The notes: generated from the letters alone by a model not told the origin. A DNA stretch of 64,000 nt from Geosiphon pyriformis uo1 (GCA_016748015.1 JAAOMT010000072.1:190299-254298), one strand, 5' to 3'; shown: positions 21,888 through 35,772, counted from the first letter of the stretch. Numbers and translations: made by a program.

Positions 21888-23664
21888 ATGCTGCAGAAGA
21901 AGCAAGCGAAATTCTCAAGTAGTGATGAAAGCTCTTCGGAATCGTTAGAAACCGTAACTTCTAAGCCACCTAAAACATCTAAAGGGAAAAATGTACTACG
22001 AGTTGAAGTCGATAGTGATTCTTCAGACCCATTAACTATGATCTCAAAAAATCACTTGAAAAAAAAATCTCGACGTGTAACCAAGAAAACTGTTAATCAA
22101 GAAGAAAAAGATTCCTTATCGTGGTCATCTTCAGATCCTATGGCACAAATATTCCATCAGGAAGGTCGAACGGGAAGGCAAAGTAATATTGAAAAGAAAA
22201 ACGAACCACATTATAAATCCAAGTCTTTGCTTTATCAATTATTTTTAAATCGCGCAAAGAAATTAGAAAATCACAGCAAAGAGCTACCGAAGAAGATCCA
22301 TATTCAGAAGATGAATGGCGGGAGTTCACGAGTGGTACACAGGGCACTTAAACTTTCAACTTCGTCTGTAAAATCCTATGTATCGAAAGAAATATTTGAA
22401 ATCTGCTCACGATAAATACTTCTTCAGGTTCTGATTATGAGAGCCCTAAAAAAAGAAAACCATGTAAGGGATTCCCTTTGAGTTGATATTATTGTCTCAT
22501 AAAATCACTTTTACTAACTTTTATTTTAGTTTCGGAAAATCCCATATTGACATCTACACATCGTATGATCTCTGAGTCAACAATAAAACAACGATGGAAG
22601 CATCTAGATACTAAGCAAAAGAAAAATCTTGGGCGTGCTTTAAAGAATGTTGCTTCGTGAGTAATTTCCCACAAATACTAAAAAGAATCAAATTTCATAT
22701 ATCTTGCGATCAAACTAATTAGATTTCTTTAATTATGATCAGGCCTATTCTACGTAATATTCGAAGTGATCAAAAGAAGATAGAAATTGAGAGAGAATTG
22801 GATTTGTTGATATCAAAGTAGGCTTTTCGGTCATAATCTTATTCTTTTTTTCGAATTCAATAGATTGCTCACCATCTTATGGGTTCAAAGTATTAACAAA
22901 CGCCTTGAGGATTTACCAGCGCCGAAACATTTGAAAAATGCGATTTTCGATAATAAGATACTCGCCGACCAAAATGTAATGCAACATCAGAAGATTGATT
23001 CAATAAATTTTTCCATTATCAAAATTAATTTAAATCTTTTAGAGAGCCTTAAGAAAAAGTTTGGTATCCGAGACAGAACACCTAAAATACATGGAGAGGC
23101 AGCTTTCAATGGAAAAACGGTAAGTCTTGATGCATGATTAGCCAAATTGGTCAAAGCTTTCTGATGTTATTATCTAATTTTTCTGGTAAATAAGACTATT
23201 GGCGCAAGAACAAGAGAACTTGCTGCAAATCAAAATCCCTGCTAATTCTTCAAAGGTACGAAATACGTGATAATATTGTCGTACACCTAATTTAGTTACT
23301 AAAACGTGTTTTGATCAAACTAGTTTCATCCAATTATGGAAGTTGAACCAGAAGATTCAGTGTCAATCAAAAATGGTCCAACAGAAAGCAATCTAAACCC
23401 ATTATTTGATCATAATGAAATGGTAATGCAACAAACTTTTTATCCGATCTCCCACTATTTCTCAAAGATTTTAATTCACCAAATAAATCTGATTAGTATC
23501 TACAAGACGATCAGCTCAATGAAATAAAGAAATCTCTTTCGATGCATTTGCGTTCAATTGATAATCAAACACAAATGATGGAAGGCCTCTTGAGTCGAAT
23601 TCCTAACGCTGAACATAACATATGGGGATTAATCAAAATTACTGGGCTACAGGGTCGTGTTTGA
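21888..23664 (+). CDS. Putative kinetochore protein CENP-Q/Okp1/Fta7-like (multi-exon; exon structure uncertain)
   Basis: Low-complexity Ser/Lys N-terminus, then spliced PILRNIRSDQKKIEIERELDLLISK-INKRLEDLPAPKHLKNAIFDNKIL, which resembles the fungal CENP-Q RL.RMPFPP..FD segment. The last exon ends LQGRV-stop. The family assignment is inference. Confidence 0.5.
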
Positions 23665-24469
23665 CTAAGAGCCCCTTGGTCTGTCTTTCAACTTTGGAAT
23701 ACAGCTTTTTACATATACTAGTTGTCATAATATGTTCACTCCAAGATGCTCACCTTTGTGATTATTCAGAGCTAACGCGTCAAAAAGGTTTTAGTTTACA
23801 TTTGAGACTGGAATATTCATTGATTGGAAATGACCACAATTTAATTATTTTCCAATTATAATCGCTTACTTTGAAGTCATCACCTTTGCTATTATGCGAC
23901 TCAAGACGAACTCAAAATTCAAGATCGAAACCTTTCGATCAGATATGAAATGTTGTTTTTAAAACATTTACCTAACTTTATGGTTCATCTTCGATTTCCA
24001 ATAAGCGAATATTGTCACGTTTTTTTTATTCATTTGACAGATAGTTCTCTGTGTGAGTAAAGCCATATCACAAAAGGCGAAATGGTTTCAAGAGGAATTT
24101 GTCTATAGAAGGAACAGACTATCCAAATTCCTAATTTCAAATTGCTTACAATCGATTCTACACAACATTGCCCTATATTTACTATATACATTATCTTTTC
24201 CCAAAAAAGATGTGCTATTCTGATGCACCAATAAAAGGACGCGTAACCGTTTTGGGTAACTGTTAAGAACTACTGCAAATTGTTCCAGTTGCCGGAATAA
24301 TTATCGCTAATCCATACCATTGCACTTGTCCTGCTCGGTCCCAAGATTGAGACTTCTGAAGGTCCGCGGTATTATCAGCGATACGCTATAGGAATCGAAA
24401 TTGGAGGGTTAAACGTTAAGACTACATCTGAATGTCACCTAAAGCGTGGAGTCGAGCAGAGTACAAGGT

Positions 24470-25615
24470 TCAAGACTTTAATGCCTGTAATCTTGCTTGC
24501 ATTTCATCCAATTCGGGTTCCTCATCCTCTAACTCCTCTTCTTGTTGCTTAGACTTAAAAAGAAAAAGCAAATTTCGCTGGAATAATGTAATTTTCTATC
24601 GTGATTTCTAGAAAATTATACAGATTATTGTTGAAATTACCTCCAAAGGAGCACCAACTTCTCCGGCTTCTCCCAATTTTCCTGAAGATATAAAAGTTAA
24701 ATATAGCACAAAAAAACTTTATACGAAAAGCTTTACAAAACTGTAAGGTATTAACACAAACCGTCAGTCAACTCAAAGAGGACTCTGTTAACTTCCTCTT
24801 CCGCCTCCTCTTCAACATCGCTTTCTTCTAAAGATTCCATTGTATCCTCTATCATTTCTTCAATTATACCAGCCTGTAAAAAAATAAGAAGGATCAGAAA
24901 TAGTTTTAATAAAAAATTCTTAATTTGAAGATTTTACCTTTGTCATTTCCATCGATAGTTCTTGCATAGCTTTTGAAATTTCTGGAAGTTTTATCAATGT
25001 GTTAACCATTTTCATTACCTCCGTACTCTTTTGCAAACTACCTGATACTTTGACGGTAGCTATTTATCCAAAATAAAGAATGTTTGCAGACATCATAAAA
25101 TTATTCGTAAATTAAAAAACCATCCACACAAAAATGCATACCCTCACAGCCAGTAACTACCTAATTGATGTTGCAACTGCATGACAATAGAATTCATTTG
25201 CGCTTTGCTTGTGTATATCCTATCTTTTTGCCGTCGGGAGCGAACCAACTCTTTGGCTAGAACTTTAGCGTTCTTGACATCTTTTTTTTTCGCCAGCTGT
25301 TTGAGATTTCGTTTCACTTTTTGCTCTTCAAGGTCCATTCCACGGAGTTGACGGTCTAAAGCTCGTTCCTGAGCGCGAATGTTTTGTCTCCACTTTCGGA
25401 CCTTTGAAATTATAGTTGATAAGTTAATTTTAAAGGAAGAAAAAGCTAGACTTGTTCTAAAGATCTAATAAGATTCATCAAGTAATACAACATTTTTTGA
25501 ATGGAAAGGGTAGAAACACTTTTCAATCAGTGCTTTCAAAAAAGCAAGCGAACATTAGACTTGCCATTTCTTCAGGGTTAGCTTTCTTCCCAAAAAACTT
25601 CTGAACGGAGTCCAT
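24470..25615 (-). CDS. VPS24: ESCRT-III subunit Vps24/CHMP3 (multi-exon)
   Basis: [51 protein letters not shown]-terminal MIM1 [11 protein letters not shown]. Confidence 0.93.
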
Positions 25616-25922
25616 TGAGCCACATGAAAATTTCGGCAAACTTTGTTAGCAGAAAAGTTGTGCAGATATTTCTCTGCCTCTTGTCCACGTGAGAGTTGTA
25701 GGTTTTAAGGTGTGACAAAAACCCTTAACCAAAAAATTCTAAAATTTTTAATAATAATAATAATATTATTATTTTTATTTCTACACGTGATCAGCCAAAA
25801 AATAGTTTTTAATAAGATAAGAATGCTGTATAATCTATACAATATATATAATTATACCAAATATTAAAGCTCGAATTAAATTTTTGATCAGTTACCAACT
25901 AAAAAAACTGAACTTTTAAATT

Positions 25923-26786
25923 ATGAACAGAATGAGGTCCTCAAAACTAAACTCTAAAGAAAAAGAACAAACAAACGAAGGCAAAAAGAAAAAATCATGT
26001 TCGCCTGATAGTTTGTCGTCACCAGCTTTAAGAAACTCTGTGTATGGCAACGCTGGGTTGTCAGAGCAAGAAGCCTACAAGATCGATCAAGACCTTTGGT
26101 TGGAACACCTCTTTGACCAGATGATTGGAGATGAAGGAAATGATTTTTATTCAAATCATTTCGCTTCACACTGGGAAAGTGGGGGGTCAGTGTTTTACGA
26201 TTCAAACGGACTCCAAACAATGTCAGAGGAAGAGTATGCTGCCTACATTCGCAAAGGAATGTATGAAAAGAAGCACAAACACAAGTTAAACAAACAAAGA
26301 GAACAACAGGAGGCTCGGCATCAGAAGTTTAAAGAGAAAGAAAGAGAAAAAGCTCGAATATTTTTAGAAGAACAAGAGCGAAATCAAAGACGCAAGGAAA
26401 AGAGAACATTAAGACGCCAGATGATGATGAAGGAACAACGGGAGATTTATTATACACGTTGGCAAAATTTTGATTCGAATAGCCAAGACATTATTAAAGC
26501 CAAAAATATTCCTTGGCCTATAGAAAATGTAAAAGAGATATCAAAAGGAAATCTGGATGAATTTTTATTTTCTGGTATAGAAAACAGAAAACAAAAACGT
26601 ACTATACTTCGTCAAGAGCAAATTAGGTTTCATCCTGATCGATGGTTAAAATGGTTAGGAAGAATGGAACCTGGAAAAGAAACTCAGAAAATAATGGATA
26701 GAGTTAATGAAATATCTCGACTTCTTAATACGTTGTGGGAGGAGAGAGAAAAAGAACAAGTTCAAGAGATGGTTCATTCCAATTAA
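25923..26786 (+). CDS. NF-kappa-B inhibitor-like protein 1 (NFKBIL1)-family protein, single exon
   Basis: MSEEEYAAYIRKGM, coiled coil, YYTRW, IPWP and EQIRFHPDRW motifs. Confidence 0.75.
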   Translation: MNRMRSSKLNSKEKEQTNEGKKKKSCSPDSLSSPALRNSVYGNAGLSEQEAYKIDQDLWLEHLFDQMIGDEGNDFYSNHFASHWESGGSVFYDSNGLQTMSEEEYAAYIRKGMYEKKHKHKLNKQREQQEARHQKFKEKEREKARIFLEEQERNQRRKEKRTLRRQMMMKEQREIYYTRWQNFDSNSQDIIKAKNIPWPIENVKEISKGNLDEFLFSGIENRKQKRTILRQEQIRFHPDRWLKWLGRMEPGKETQKIMDRVNEISRLLNTLWEEREKEQVQEMVHSN

Positions 26787-27270
26787 ATATGTGCATGTGT
26801 AAGGTCATAAATCCCAGAATGTAGCTTTCGTATAATTCCTAGGATTAAAAAATTAAATATTTGTCACATCATCCTAAACTTGTGAATTCATACTCCCAAA
26901 TTTAAAGCTAAAGTTGACAAGGTGAAAAAATTGATCTTCTCCTTTACCTTATGCTCCATCTAGGCTTGCCTATCAACATGGTAACACCTTGTAATCTATT
27001 AATCTATTTTTATTGTGTATCACATTGTTCCTCGAAAAGAATATCCTTGTGTGCTCATTGACAACTTCAAGCAACAACCAACACTGTTGTATATTAGATT
27101 GATTATAAGAAAATGATACCTCAAGAGACTCTACCAAAATATCGAATATCAATAATTATTCTCAATAACTAATAAATTCCAGAGTCGATTTCATTCAAAA
27201 TTTGATTCTTAAATTTCAGTGAATAAATTTCTTCTCTCGTGGGGTTTAAAATTTTTATGTCTAATTCACA

Positions 27271-30200
27271 ATGAGTCATGATTTGGATAGGATTTTGGGA
27301 GAATTACAACAAGAGGTTGAAGAGTTAACTGCGGTATCAAAATTTCCTTGACTCGTTCGTTTTATACATTTCAAAAAAGAACTCGAGTATTGGCTTTTAA
27401 CACGGTTGCGTTTTCTTTGACTTTTAGGATCTTGAAAGACGGACAGTTACTGAAAACCTCGGAACTCGTCCAAGTTCAGATTCACGTTCGAACAATAGCT
27501 CTAGAAGATCTTCAACAAAAGAGCTCTCTTCTGATTCTGATTCAGACCTCCTCTCTCTTGAAGACATTGAAGAAGAGGTCGTTAAAATAGGCTCTAGTTT
27601 AAAAAAACAACCATGCATAAAACCTTCACGTTTGACTGCACACTCGTCCTCACTCCTTATCCAAAAACCAACATCCTCTATTTCCTCATCATGCCGCTCG
27701 AGTACTTCATCCTATACATCTTTTAGAAATAAGCTTCGTCGCTCTGTTTCTCCAAATCTTACAAATCTTCAAACTTCATTCTTAAGTCAATCAAACATTA
27801 TGATGGATTCCAGTAATTCAACTTCTCCAAAATCTGTGGATACATTGTCTCCTTTATCTCCACGGGGCGGGAATAATCTTCATGGGTTTGGAATGGATTT
27901 GGCTCCTTTAGAAAATTTATTGAATTCTTCTTTGCCTAAAGACCTTGCGATGACATTAACTTTCAATACCGGGACATTACAACACAAATTTTCATCTTCT
28001 GGGAGCCCTTCCACATCTTTGCAGTCATCACCTAGACTAGGTCCTCGTCAAGTGATGCAGCAAATAAGTGACACCGACTCCAACACTTCAGAGAATTCTG
28101 AGTCAGAAGAAAGTGATACAGACAGTGATAGTGATTATAATCCTTTATCCTTGACCTCACGTTCGATTCGATTAAAAGCACAAAGATCTTTGACTGAATT
28201 AGCCGCAAAAACAGCTGATAATTCTTCATTAAAACGCTCTATATCAAATGGATATAAACCTTCACCTTCAAACAATTCAACCAAAAATTCCCCCTCCTCA
28301 TCTTCAGTTGGATCAACCACAACGCTGAATGGCCCTAATTCCAAGATTCAAAGAAGACCAACAACCGCTCGAGGGCTCATTAAATCAAGGAGTATATCCT
28401 CAAAAAGTACTAATACCAAACCAAAAACACCAACGGTGAATGGTGGTCCACCCCCAACATCATCCTTCCCGCCAGAATTTTTGGAAGCTCCCCAAAGGGA
28501 TCGAGAATTAAAACAAGGAACTAGATCTCCAAACCGCGATGGAGAGTACAATAGCCGTGATCGATCAAGTTCAAGATCGCGAGAAAGGTTTTCTAATGAC
28601 AAAGAAAATCGCAAATTGATTAGTCAAAAACAGCGAGAGACGGAAGAGGGCCGAAGACAACGATCTAGAACGCGAGAACATGCTTATGAAATACAGGAGA
28701 GAGTTGAACCAAAAACAAGGGAAAGAGAACCAGATTCCTCAGATAAAGTGCGTGACAGGGATCGTGAAAAGAACAATAAACAGGAACGTGAACGAATTAG
28801 AGACAAATCAGCGGAGAGAATAAGGTCTCAGCCACAAGAATTGGGTGACGATTCAGATAATAATGATTTGAGGCAAAATCTCTCTAGAAAAACCTCTCGA
28901 GCTCGGGAAACTGCTCAGGATAGAGGGAGACAGAGATACAAACAGAGTGAAAAAGATTCCGAAAATTCTTATCGTACAAAATCAACAACACGTGAAAAAG
29001 AAATTCAAGACGACCGTGGCCGAAAAAAGTATCGTGCTCATGAGCAAAATAGCAAAGAAAGGGCAAGGTCTCGGCCAAAAGAAGTTGAACCAGATCTCGA
29101 AAAAGATAAACTTATGGACCGAATAAATGGTCGTTCTCGAGACGCTGAACATACTGTAAGCAATAGAGCTAGATCGATATCGCGACCTCCACAATCTAGA
29201 GATAGAAATCGATCGAAATCAACAACTAGAGAAAAAGGAATGGAGGAGCGAAGGGAAAGATCGAAATCTAAAACCCGAGAAAATGAAGATAGGGAGAGAG
29301 TCATATCAAAAGGAAGAGAAAATGATATTGATTTCGAAAAAGAACGCGATCTTCACCTCGAACGAATAAAGAATCGTGGACAAGATGAAACAGAAAAGTC
29401 TAAACAGTTGGATCGTGCAAAATCACGTCGCGATAAGGTATTCATTCTTTAAAAATGTCAATTTCCATTATGGCTCATTTTACATATTAACGATTAGCCA
29501 TATTTTAAGCCAAAGCTTGCAGAGGGTAAAACAGAAAAGGAAGAATCAAAGATTCCGGAAGTGAAGGTCTGCTTAAAACTAAATCTGGTTAAAATTATTT
29601 ATAATAGAAGTCTAAATGCTAAGAATTTAAAACTTACGTTTCAGATTACGGCACGAATATATATAGATGATTCACGTCAATTCAAAACCCTTGCCTTAAC
29701 ATCCAAGATGAACGCTTTGAACATTATTGAATATTTTCGAAAAAGAAATGCCGTTGAGGATGGAGATGAATGGACCATATTTGAGTTAGTTAATGAATTC
29801 GGATTAGGTAAGTACAGCTCTCAATCCTGTTTCACATACTTTATACGCTCAAAAAATAAATATTTCTTATAGAACGACCAATACGAGATTGGGAAATAGT
29901 TACTACAATAATTGGCAGTTGGGAACCAAAAATGTCCAATGCCTTGCTATTGAAAAAGTATGCCTACAGGAATTCATTAACCGTTGAGGTTTGCCAATCC
30001 ATAGATCTTTCTATATCCAATTATAAGGAATATTGTTCCGGGATTTTATTAATATATTTTTCTAGGGACTAAGTAATGGCGTTCCTCCTATGTTTGGATT
30101 GCTTCATTTAGAGGTGAAGAAAAACAAATGGCTTAAACGATACTTTTTTTTGAGAGATGGCGGAATTTATCATTGTAAAGATGCCAAGGTAGTGAGATAG

Positions 30201-31769
30201 ATAGTTTTTTATCAAGTAAAAAATAAAAGCTTATGCATTTCTTATTTTCAGGGGGCAGATTCCACATTCCTTTGCTCAATTTTCAACTATGATGTGTACA
30301 CCTTGACTCGCACCATAAAAAAAGCCCCTAAACCTTTTGTATTTGCATTGAAGTCTCAAGATCGAGTGGTCATGTTTGAGAATCCTGAAGACTATGTTCA
30401 TTATTTGTGTGCAGATCACATGGAAAAAATGAAAGATTGGGTATTAAGCATTCGAACAGCGAGAGTGAGTATAAATTAATAGTTACTAATTTCTTGTAGT
30501 TATTTAATTAAAATAATAAAATCTAAAATTTCGTTGAAATTCCAGAATCAGATGATGCGAGAAAATAATCCGGAACTATTTTCTGCATTAGCTGGATCTT
30601 CTGACGCGATGTCACCACTATCTCCTCAAACACCATTAACAAAGGGAACCTCGCTTCAATCTTTAATGACAGCATCAACTACTGATGGTCAGGAGACTGG
30701 AGAACTCACCACCTTTTCTTCCTCAGAATCTTGGGCAAGTGTGCGTCGATTCGTTCGTATACCAGCAGGAAAGAATACGGGCAGTAAACAAATTCCAGAT
30801 TTTTCAGAAAATTCACAAACAATCTTCAACCCGGCTTCGGATGAGGAAAAAAAAGAGGGAATTGCTGTATTCAAGAGTGGCTCTTTACTGGACTATAATG
30901 AAAAGAATCCACCATTAAAACCAGTCGAACCTGAACAAATAGGATTTAGTGAAGGTTCCTTGTTGGCTTCAAGCGACGTTTTCTTGGAAAGCATCAAAGA
31001 TAAGGAAAAGGAAAAAGAAAAATTAGCAAATGGGGGCACTCTTGTGCAAATAGATGATAACGTGAAATTTCACAAAGGATCTTTGTTGGAGGGTAGGAGT
31101 AGAGACCATTCTGAGATTGTGTCATCATCCAGCAGTACACTTGTAAACATTGATGACGAGCTGCGATTTCACAAAGGATCTTTGTTAGCTGCTAGAAGTA
31201 TTTTATCACCTGGTAAAGATTCGTTTGAGATAACAAGTGGGCCCGGAATGGAATATAATAAAGGATCTTTGTTGGCGAGAGGCTTGATGTCACCTGGAAA
31301 AGACAACTTTGAAATTACCTCTCCCCAATCTCTTGAATTTAACAAGGGATCTTTGTTAGCACGGAATTTATCATCAGAAAATTCATCTCATTCAAATCCA
31401 AGATCACGAGTGGAAAGAAAACCAACTAACGGTCCATTAATATCAATTGATCAAACACCGACACTTCATCGAAATGCCCCCAAAATTACATCACCATCTA
31501 CATCAGTATCACCAGGAAAAACATTTCTTCAACTTGATTTGAATCCAGATGCTCAGCATACTGTCAATCTAAGGAATAAGGATTTCAAACCCTTATTAAG
31601 CTTCATTCCCGGAGAAAAACTTGAATTGCCTTCTAATGAAACTGAGGCTATGAAAGCCCAGCGAGAAGCCCGAGACACAGGAAAGCCATTATTAATCTTT
31701 GATAATTGGAATGAGACTGTTGAGTCGACCGATGAGGAGACTGAGGATGATGATACATCGGACGTTTGA
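27271..31769 (+). CDS. Ras-association (RA) plus PH domain protein with long Ser- and Arg/Glu-rich regions (multi-exon)
   Basis: Exon 1 MSHDLDRILGELQQEV; RA ITARIYID..WTIFELVNEFGLERPIRDWE; PH KNKWLKRYFFLR..FALKSQD..MKDWVLSIR. Confidence 0.82.
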
Positions 31770-32085
31770 TCAAGTTTTGCTATTTCTCTTTTCTAATAAC
31801 TATCACCTTATTTATTTGGTAGGATTTATTTATTCTATTTGTTAATATAGATTTTAACCCTCTCATTTATCATTCACGACGAAAAGTTCTAAAATATTTC
31901 ATGTATTTATTCAAAAAATTGTAATATATTCTGTAATAAATAAAACCCTAAATTATCATTATTATTATTTTTATTATTATTATTCATATTATCGCGATTA
32001 ACTTTAGTGGAGCCATTGATTTTTGCCATTAAATGTTCTAGATAGATCTTTCAACCACAACGCTGTTCTTATAAGCATTCAAGTG

Positions 32086-33195
32086 TTATGTATTGGAAAT
32101 AAAATATCCGGATCCAATCTTTACACCAACCAAAGAGCCAACTAAGCTCAGCCAACTTCTTAGGTAGCCATTTATGGGGATTTGGGGAGCTATTTTGTCT
32201 GTTCGTTCGCTCGGATCGAGAGGTTCGACCATGATCGGAAGACATGCCACGGTTTTCATCAAAGACGCGGTTTCACAAGGATGAAGAAAATAAAAGGGCA
32301 GCATGAGAGTTGGATGATCCTAAAAATAAATCTTTTAACTTATTGGTCGGAGTCTCATATTTCACACTGGCTGCTTACTTGTTGTGATAATCCACCATTA
32401 AAACCAGCTGTTCTAAGATCATCTAACCGAGAGGGTTCGATGAGGTTTGTATATATTTGATCCAACGTTAAGATGCTACCATCTTTCGAGTAGAAACCGT
32501 TAAATGATTTGAAATTTGAATTAATCAAATCAAAAAATGTCCTTCTATTACCCGAGCGATACGCATTAAAATAAAGCACTGGAACTTTGTAGGATGAGGA
32601 GTAAAGAATATGGTAATCAACCATTAAACATTCTCGCGCGTTCTCTCCCTATGGAAGAATCATTTGAATCGATTTGAGATGGTAAAATATATGATGAGGT
32701 GAAAATTCGTTTAAAGCTGAGATCTCGGCCACGAATCAGATTATGAAAGTTTTTAAGACCTGAACAGAATTACAAGATTGATACAGCACACTAGGATCCT
32801 CAATTTCCTCAATTAATTGAAATTCATTATCATCTTGAAAATTTTCCAAGGTACACTTATCAGCCTTTGTATCTTTTTCAGACTCTTTGACGGATTTGGG
32901 GATAATCCGTTGGATGAGAGTCATACATGAGAGATACCCGAATCCTTTTAGTTTCTATGAAATTTTAGAATCTTATACTTAGGTTAGATCATTGCAAATA
33001 TTAAAAACCATTAATTTTAGATTTGCGAAACACCTCGTGCTCGAACCAAGTCCACGGTTCGCCATTACCCGCGTGACGTGATTGTTCGATAAACGCTTGA
33101 GCGGCGAGCTCAAACTCGAATCGTGTTAGATAGGGGTATTCGTATTTGGATTTCGATGGCGCGATATCGGAGGAAGATAAGGGTAAACTTTGCAT
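32086..33195 (-). CDS. ATG10: Autophagy E2-like conjugating enzyme Atg10 (multi-exon)
   Basis: YHILYSSSYKVPVLYF, QQDHP, catalytic FLHPCET, YLRSWLSLVG. Confidence 0.85.
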
Positions 33196-33362
33196 ATTTT
33201 AATCTAAAGATCAAGAGTTTTTGATACGAAATTTTAATCTGATTATTGTTTCACAAAGATTACTCAGCGATGTGATGATGTGGCACTTGTTAATAACTTA
33301 CCTGTGATTTGGTCAATTTTTTTATAACTACTTATTTGCTGGGTTTATCATCAAAGAGAGTT

Positions 33363-35772
33363 ATGTCTAAGAAACCAACTCCTGATTCATACTTTGATCA
33401 AGAGTTTCCCTCAGATTGTATAGAGAGTGGTAAACTTTTAATCAAACGATTAAAGCATATACATAAACAAGAGGTTTCAAATCTAAGATATGATTTCGTT
33501 TCTACCTTCTCGGACGAACTTAGCTTGCATGTTTTTCAAAACCTGTCGGCAGCAGATTTGAGCATATGTGCTCGAGTATCCTCCCACTGGCACCGTCTGG
33601 CCAACGATCGTCAAGTGAGTTGGAAATTATATTTTTCAAAGATTTTCAGAGATTTATATGATTTCCTCTCTTTATTAGTTGTGGAAGAAGCTATTTTTAT
33701 CCAGATTTAGTGCACCGAAGCGTCCAAACTTGACATATATTTTAGAAACTATTCAAATGATACCGAATTCTCCAGCTCAGCAATCACACCACAACAATCA
33801 AATGAATTTGAATGATTCAGACGATAATTGGGATAACGAAGATTGGAAAACAATTTATCGTGTTAGTCATAATTGGCAAACGGGAAATTGTCGCGTTGTT
33901 AATTTCAAGCCGGATGTCACTAAGAGACTAAAAGGGATGGGGCTCGAAAGACCCGAATGGAAAACATTTTTCCCCACTTCTTTCTCCGCAGAAGCAGTTT
34001 CTCAAGATCATGTTTCTTCCAACCGAACCCATCTCCAACTATTGAACTCTAATCCATTGGTTCAATTTACGAAACATGTAATATTGACCGCAGCATATAG
34101 CTCGGATTGTGCAGTACCAGAGATCCATCTTTGGCGCGCAGGAAAACAGAATTCTCATATTGCTACATTAAAGAGTGATATCTTAACCCAAATTCATCAA
34201 CCTTCTCCGATTGCAATCACATGCATGAAGCTTGATAGCAATTTGACAGAATATCAATCGAGTCCTGGAATGCAAAAGATTGTTGCCGGATATTCTAATG
34301 GTGGATTTTCTATTTGGGAGATTGATACAATTGCACGACAACATCTTACAACCTCATTACAGCCACAACTATGGATTCATCGTGAATTGTGCACCGCATT
34401 ACCTCCTTCCATATACATAGACCAAAAATCTTTACCACCCAGTATAACTGCCACGATAAATACACCTAATTCACCGCTTATTACATGCACGCTCCATACA
34501 CCCATTCTCATCACCTGCACTAGAGATTTTATTCTTTCAATTTATCTTATCTCGGAAAAGGAGAAATTAACACCAGAAAACATAAAAAATAATCAATCAC
34601 CATCAATAAAAAATAATTTTGATTGCCATTTATTGCATCAATTGAAAAGTTATGTCTGTTGGGCCCCTGTAGATATTACTTTGGAGGAGTATTCAAGTAA
34701 TGATGAGGATAATAATGAAATAGCATGGAAGGCAACTGTTGCATATGCTGTACCAGTTTATGGTGGTGGTTGGACGGTTGGCGTGCAGGTAGTGTAAATC
34801 GATGCTGCTATCATAATCTTTGTCTTCGATTCATCATCTTGATCCTTGGTGTTGTGATGATCAATATCTTGAACAAAGTATGACTCTGTTCGACATGTGT
34901 CTCATAATAAAAATATAAAAATTAATTGATTATTATTAACATTTTCTGTTACTTGAATTTATTAGGAAATAAAATTCAACATGAATTCTATTTTGTCAAC
35001 TATTCATTGTTCTCCACTCCCACCCTCTGGATCCATATTTGATGGACCATTCTTGAGGAATTCATGCAGTCATTCCCCACGATCTTCAATATCTACCTCA
35101 GTTAGGTCATTCGCCCCAATAACCACTATTAAATATAATGCCGCTTACCTTATCACCGCTCACTCCGATAATACTTTACAAGTTTATCATGTACTTCACA
35201 CAGATGATCGAGATGGGTTAGAATGTAAACATGTACACACTCTGTACGGTCATACCGGAAGTGTTACAACTGTGGCTATTGATTCGGATGGAAAACTTGT
35301 TACTGGAGCAATGGATGAGAGTATTAAAATTTGGGATTTGAGCGGACGAGTGGCTATCGAAAATACAAAAAGAACGAGCATTAATGAAAATCGAGAGACT
35401 AATGGGTTAACGTCATCACATTTTCTGCATGGGGGTTTTCAAACTATTGGAATGGCTGCAGAACGAAAGAGAAATGGAGAATGTATTGTTACATTGAATA
35501 ATATCGATACCGATACTGATGATTATTACAATAGGATCAATCATGGAAGAAAGGCTGGAGTTAAATGGTTGGATTTTGATGAGGGAAGGATAGTCAGCGT
35601 CAGTGGTGGCGGTGGTTTGATTGGTGGTAGGCAGATGGGCAATGGTTCTGTTAGCAATGCTTCAAATGAATTATCTCCACCCCCAGGATGGAAGGCAACT
35701 AAGACTACCTTTACTATGATGGAAGGAGTTGAGGTCGGAGTGGTTAAAGTTTGGTCATTCTGTGATGAATAA
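33363..35772 (+). CDS. F-box/WD40 repeat protein (3 exons)
   Basis: F-box DFVSTFSDELSLHVFQNL..CARVSSHWHRLAND-LWK; WD40 LYGHTGSVTTVAI..LVTGAMDESIKIWD; terminal VKVWSF. Confidence 0.85.

Noticed and set aside
24315-24330. U1 snRNA-like CCATTGCACT
   Set aside because: No ATACTTACCTG 5' end or Sm site nearby; probably VPS24 3' UTR sequence.
24422-24469. Read-through extension of VPS24 (TLYSARLHALGDIQM) echoing the MIM1 motif
   Set aside because: The stop context TGA-ACC is not a known leaky context, and the short similarity could be chance.
28032-29304. Antisense ORFs overlapping the RA-PH gene and the transposon ORFs
   Set aside because: These are shadow frames of low-complexity or repeat coding sequence with no recognisable motifs.
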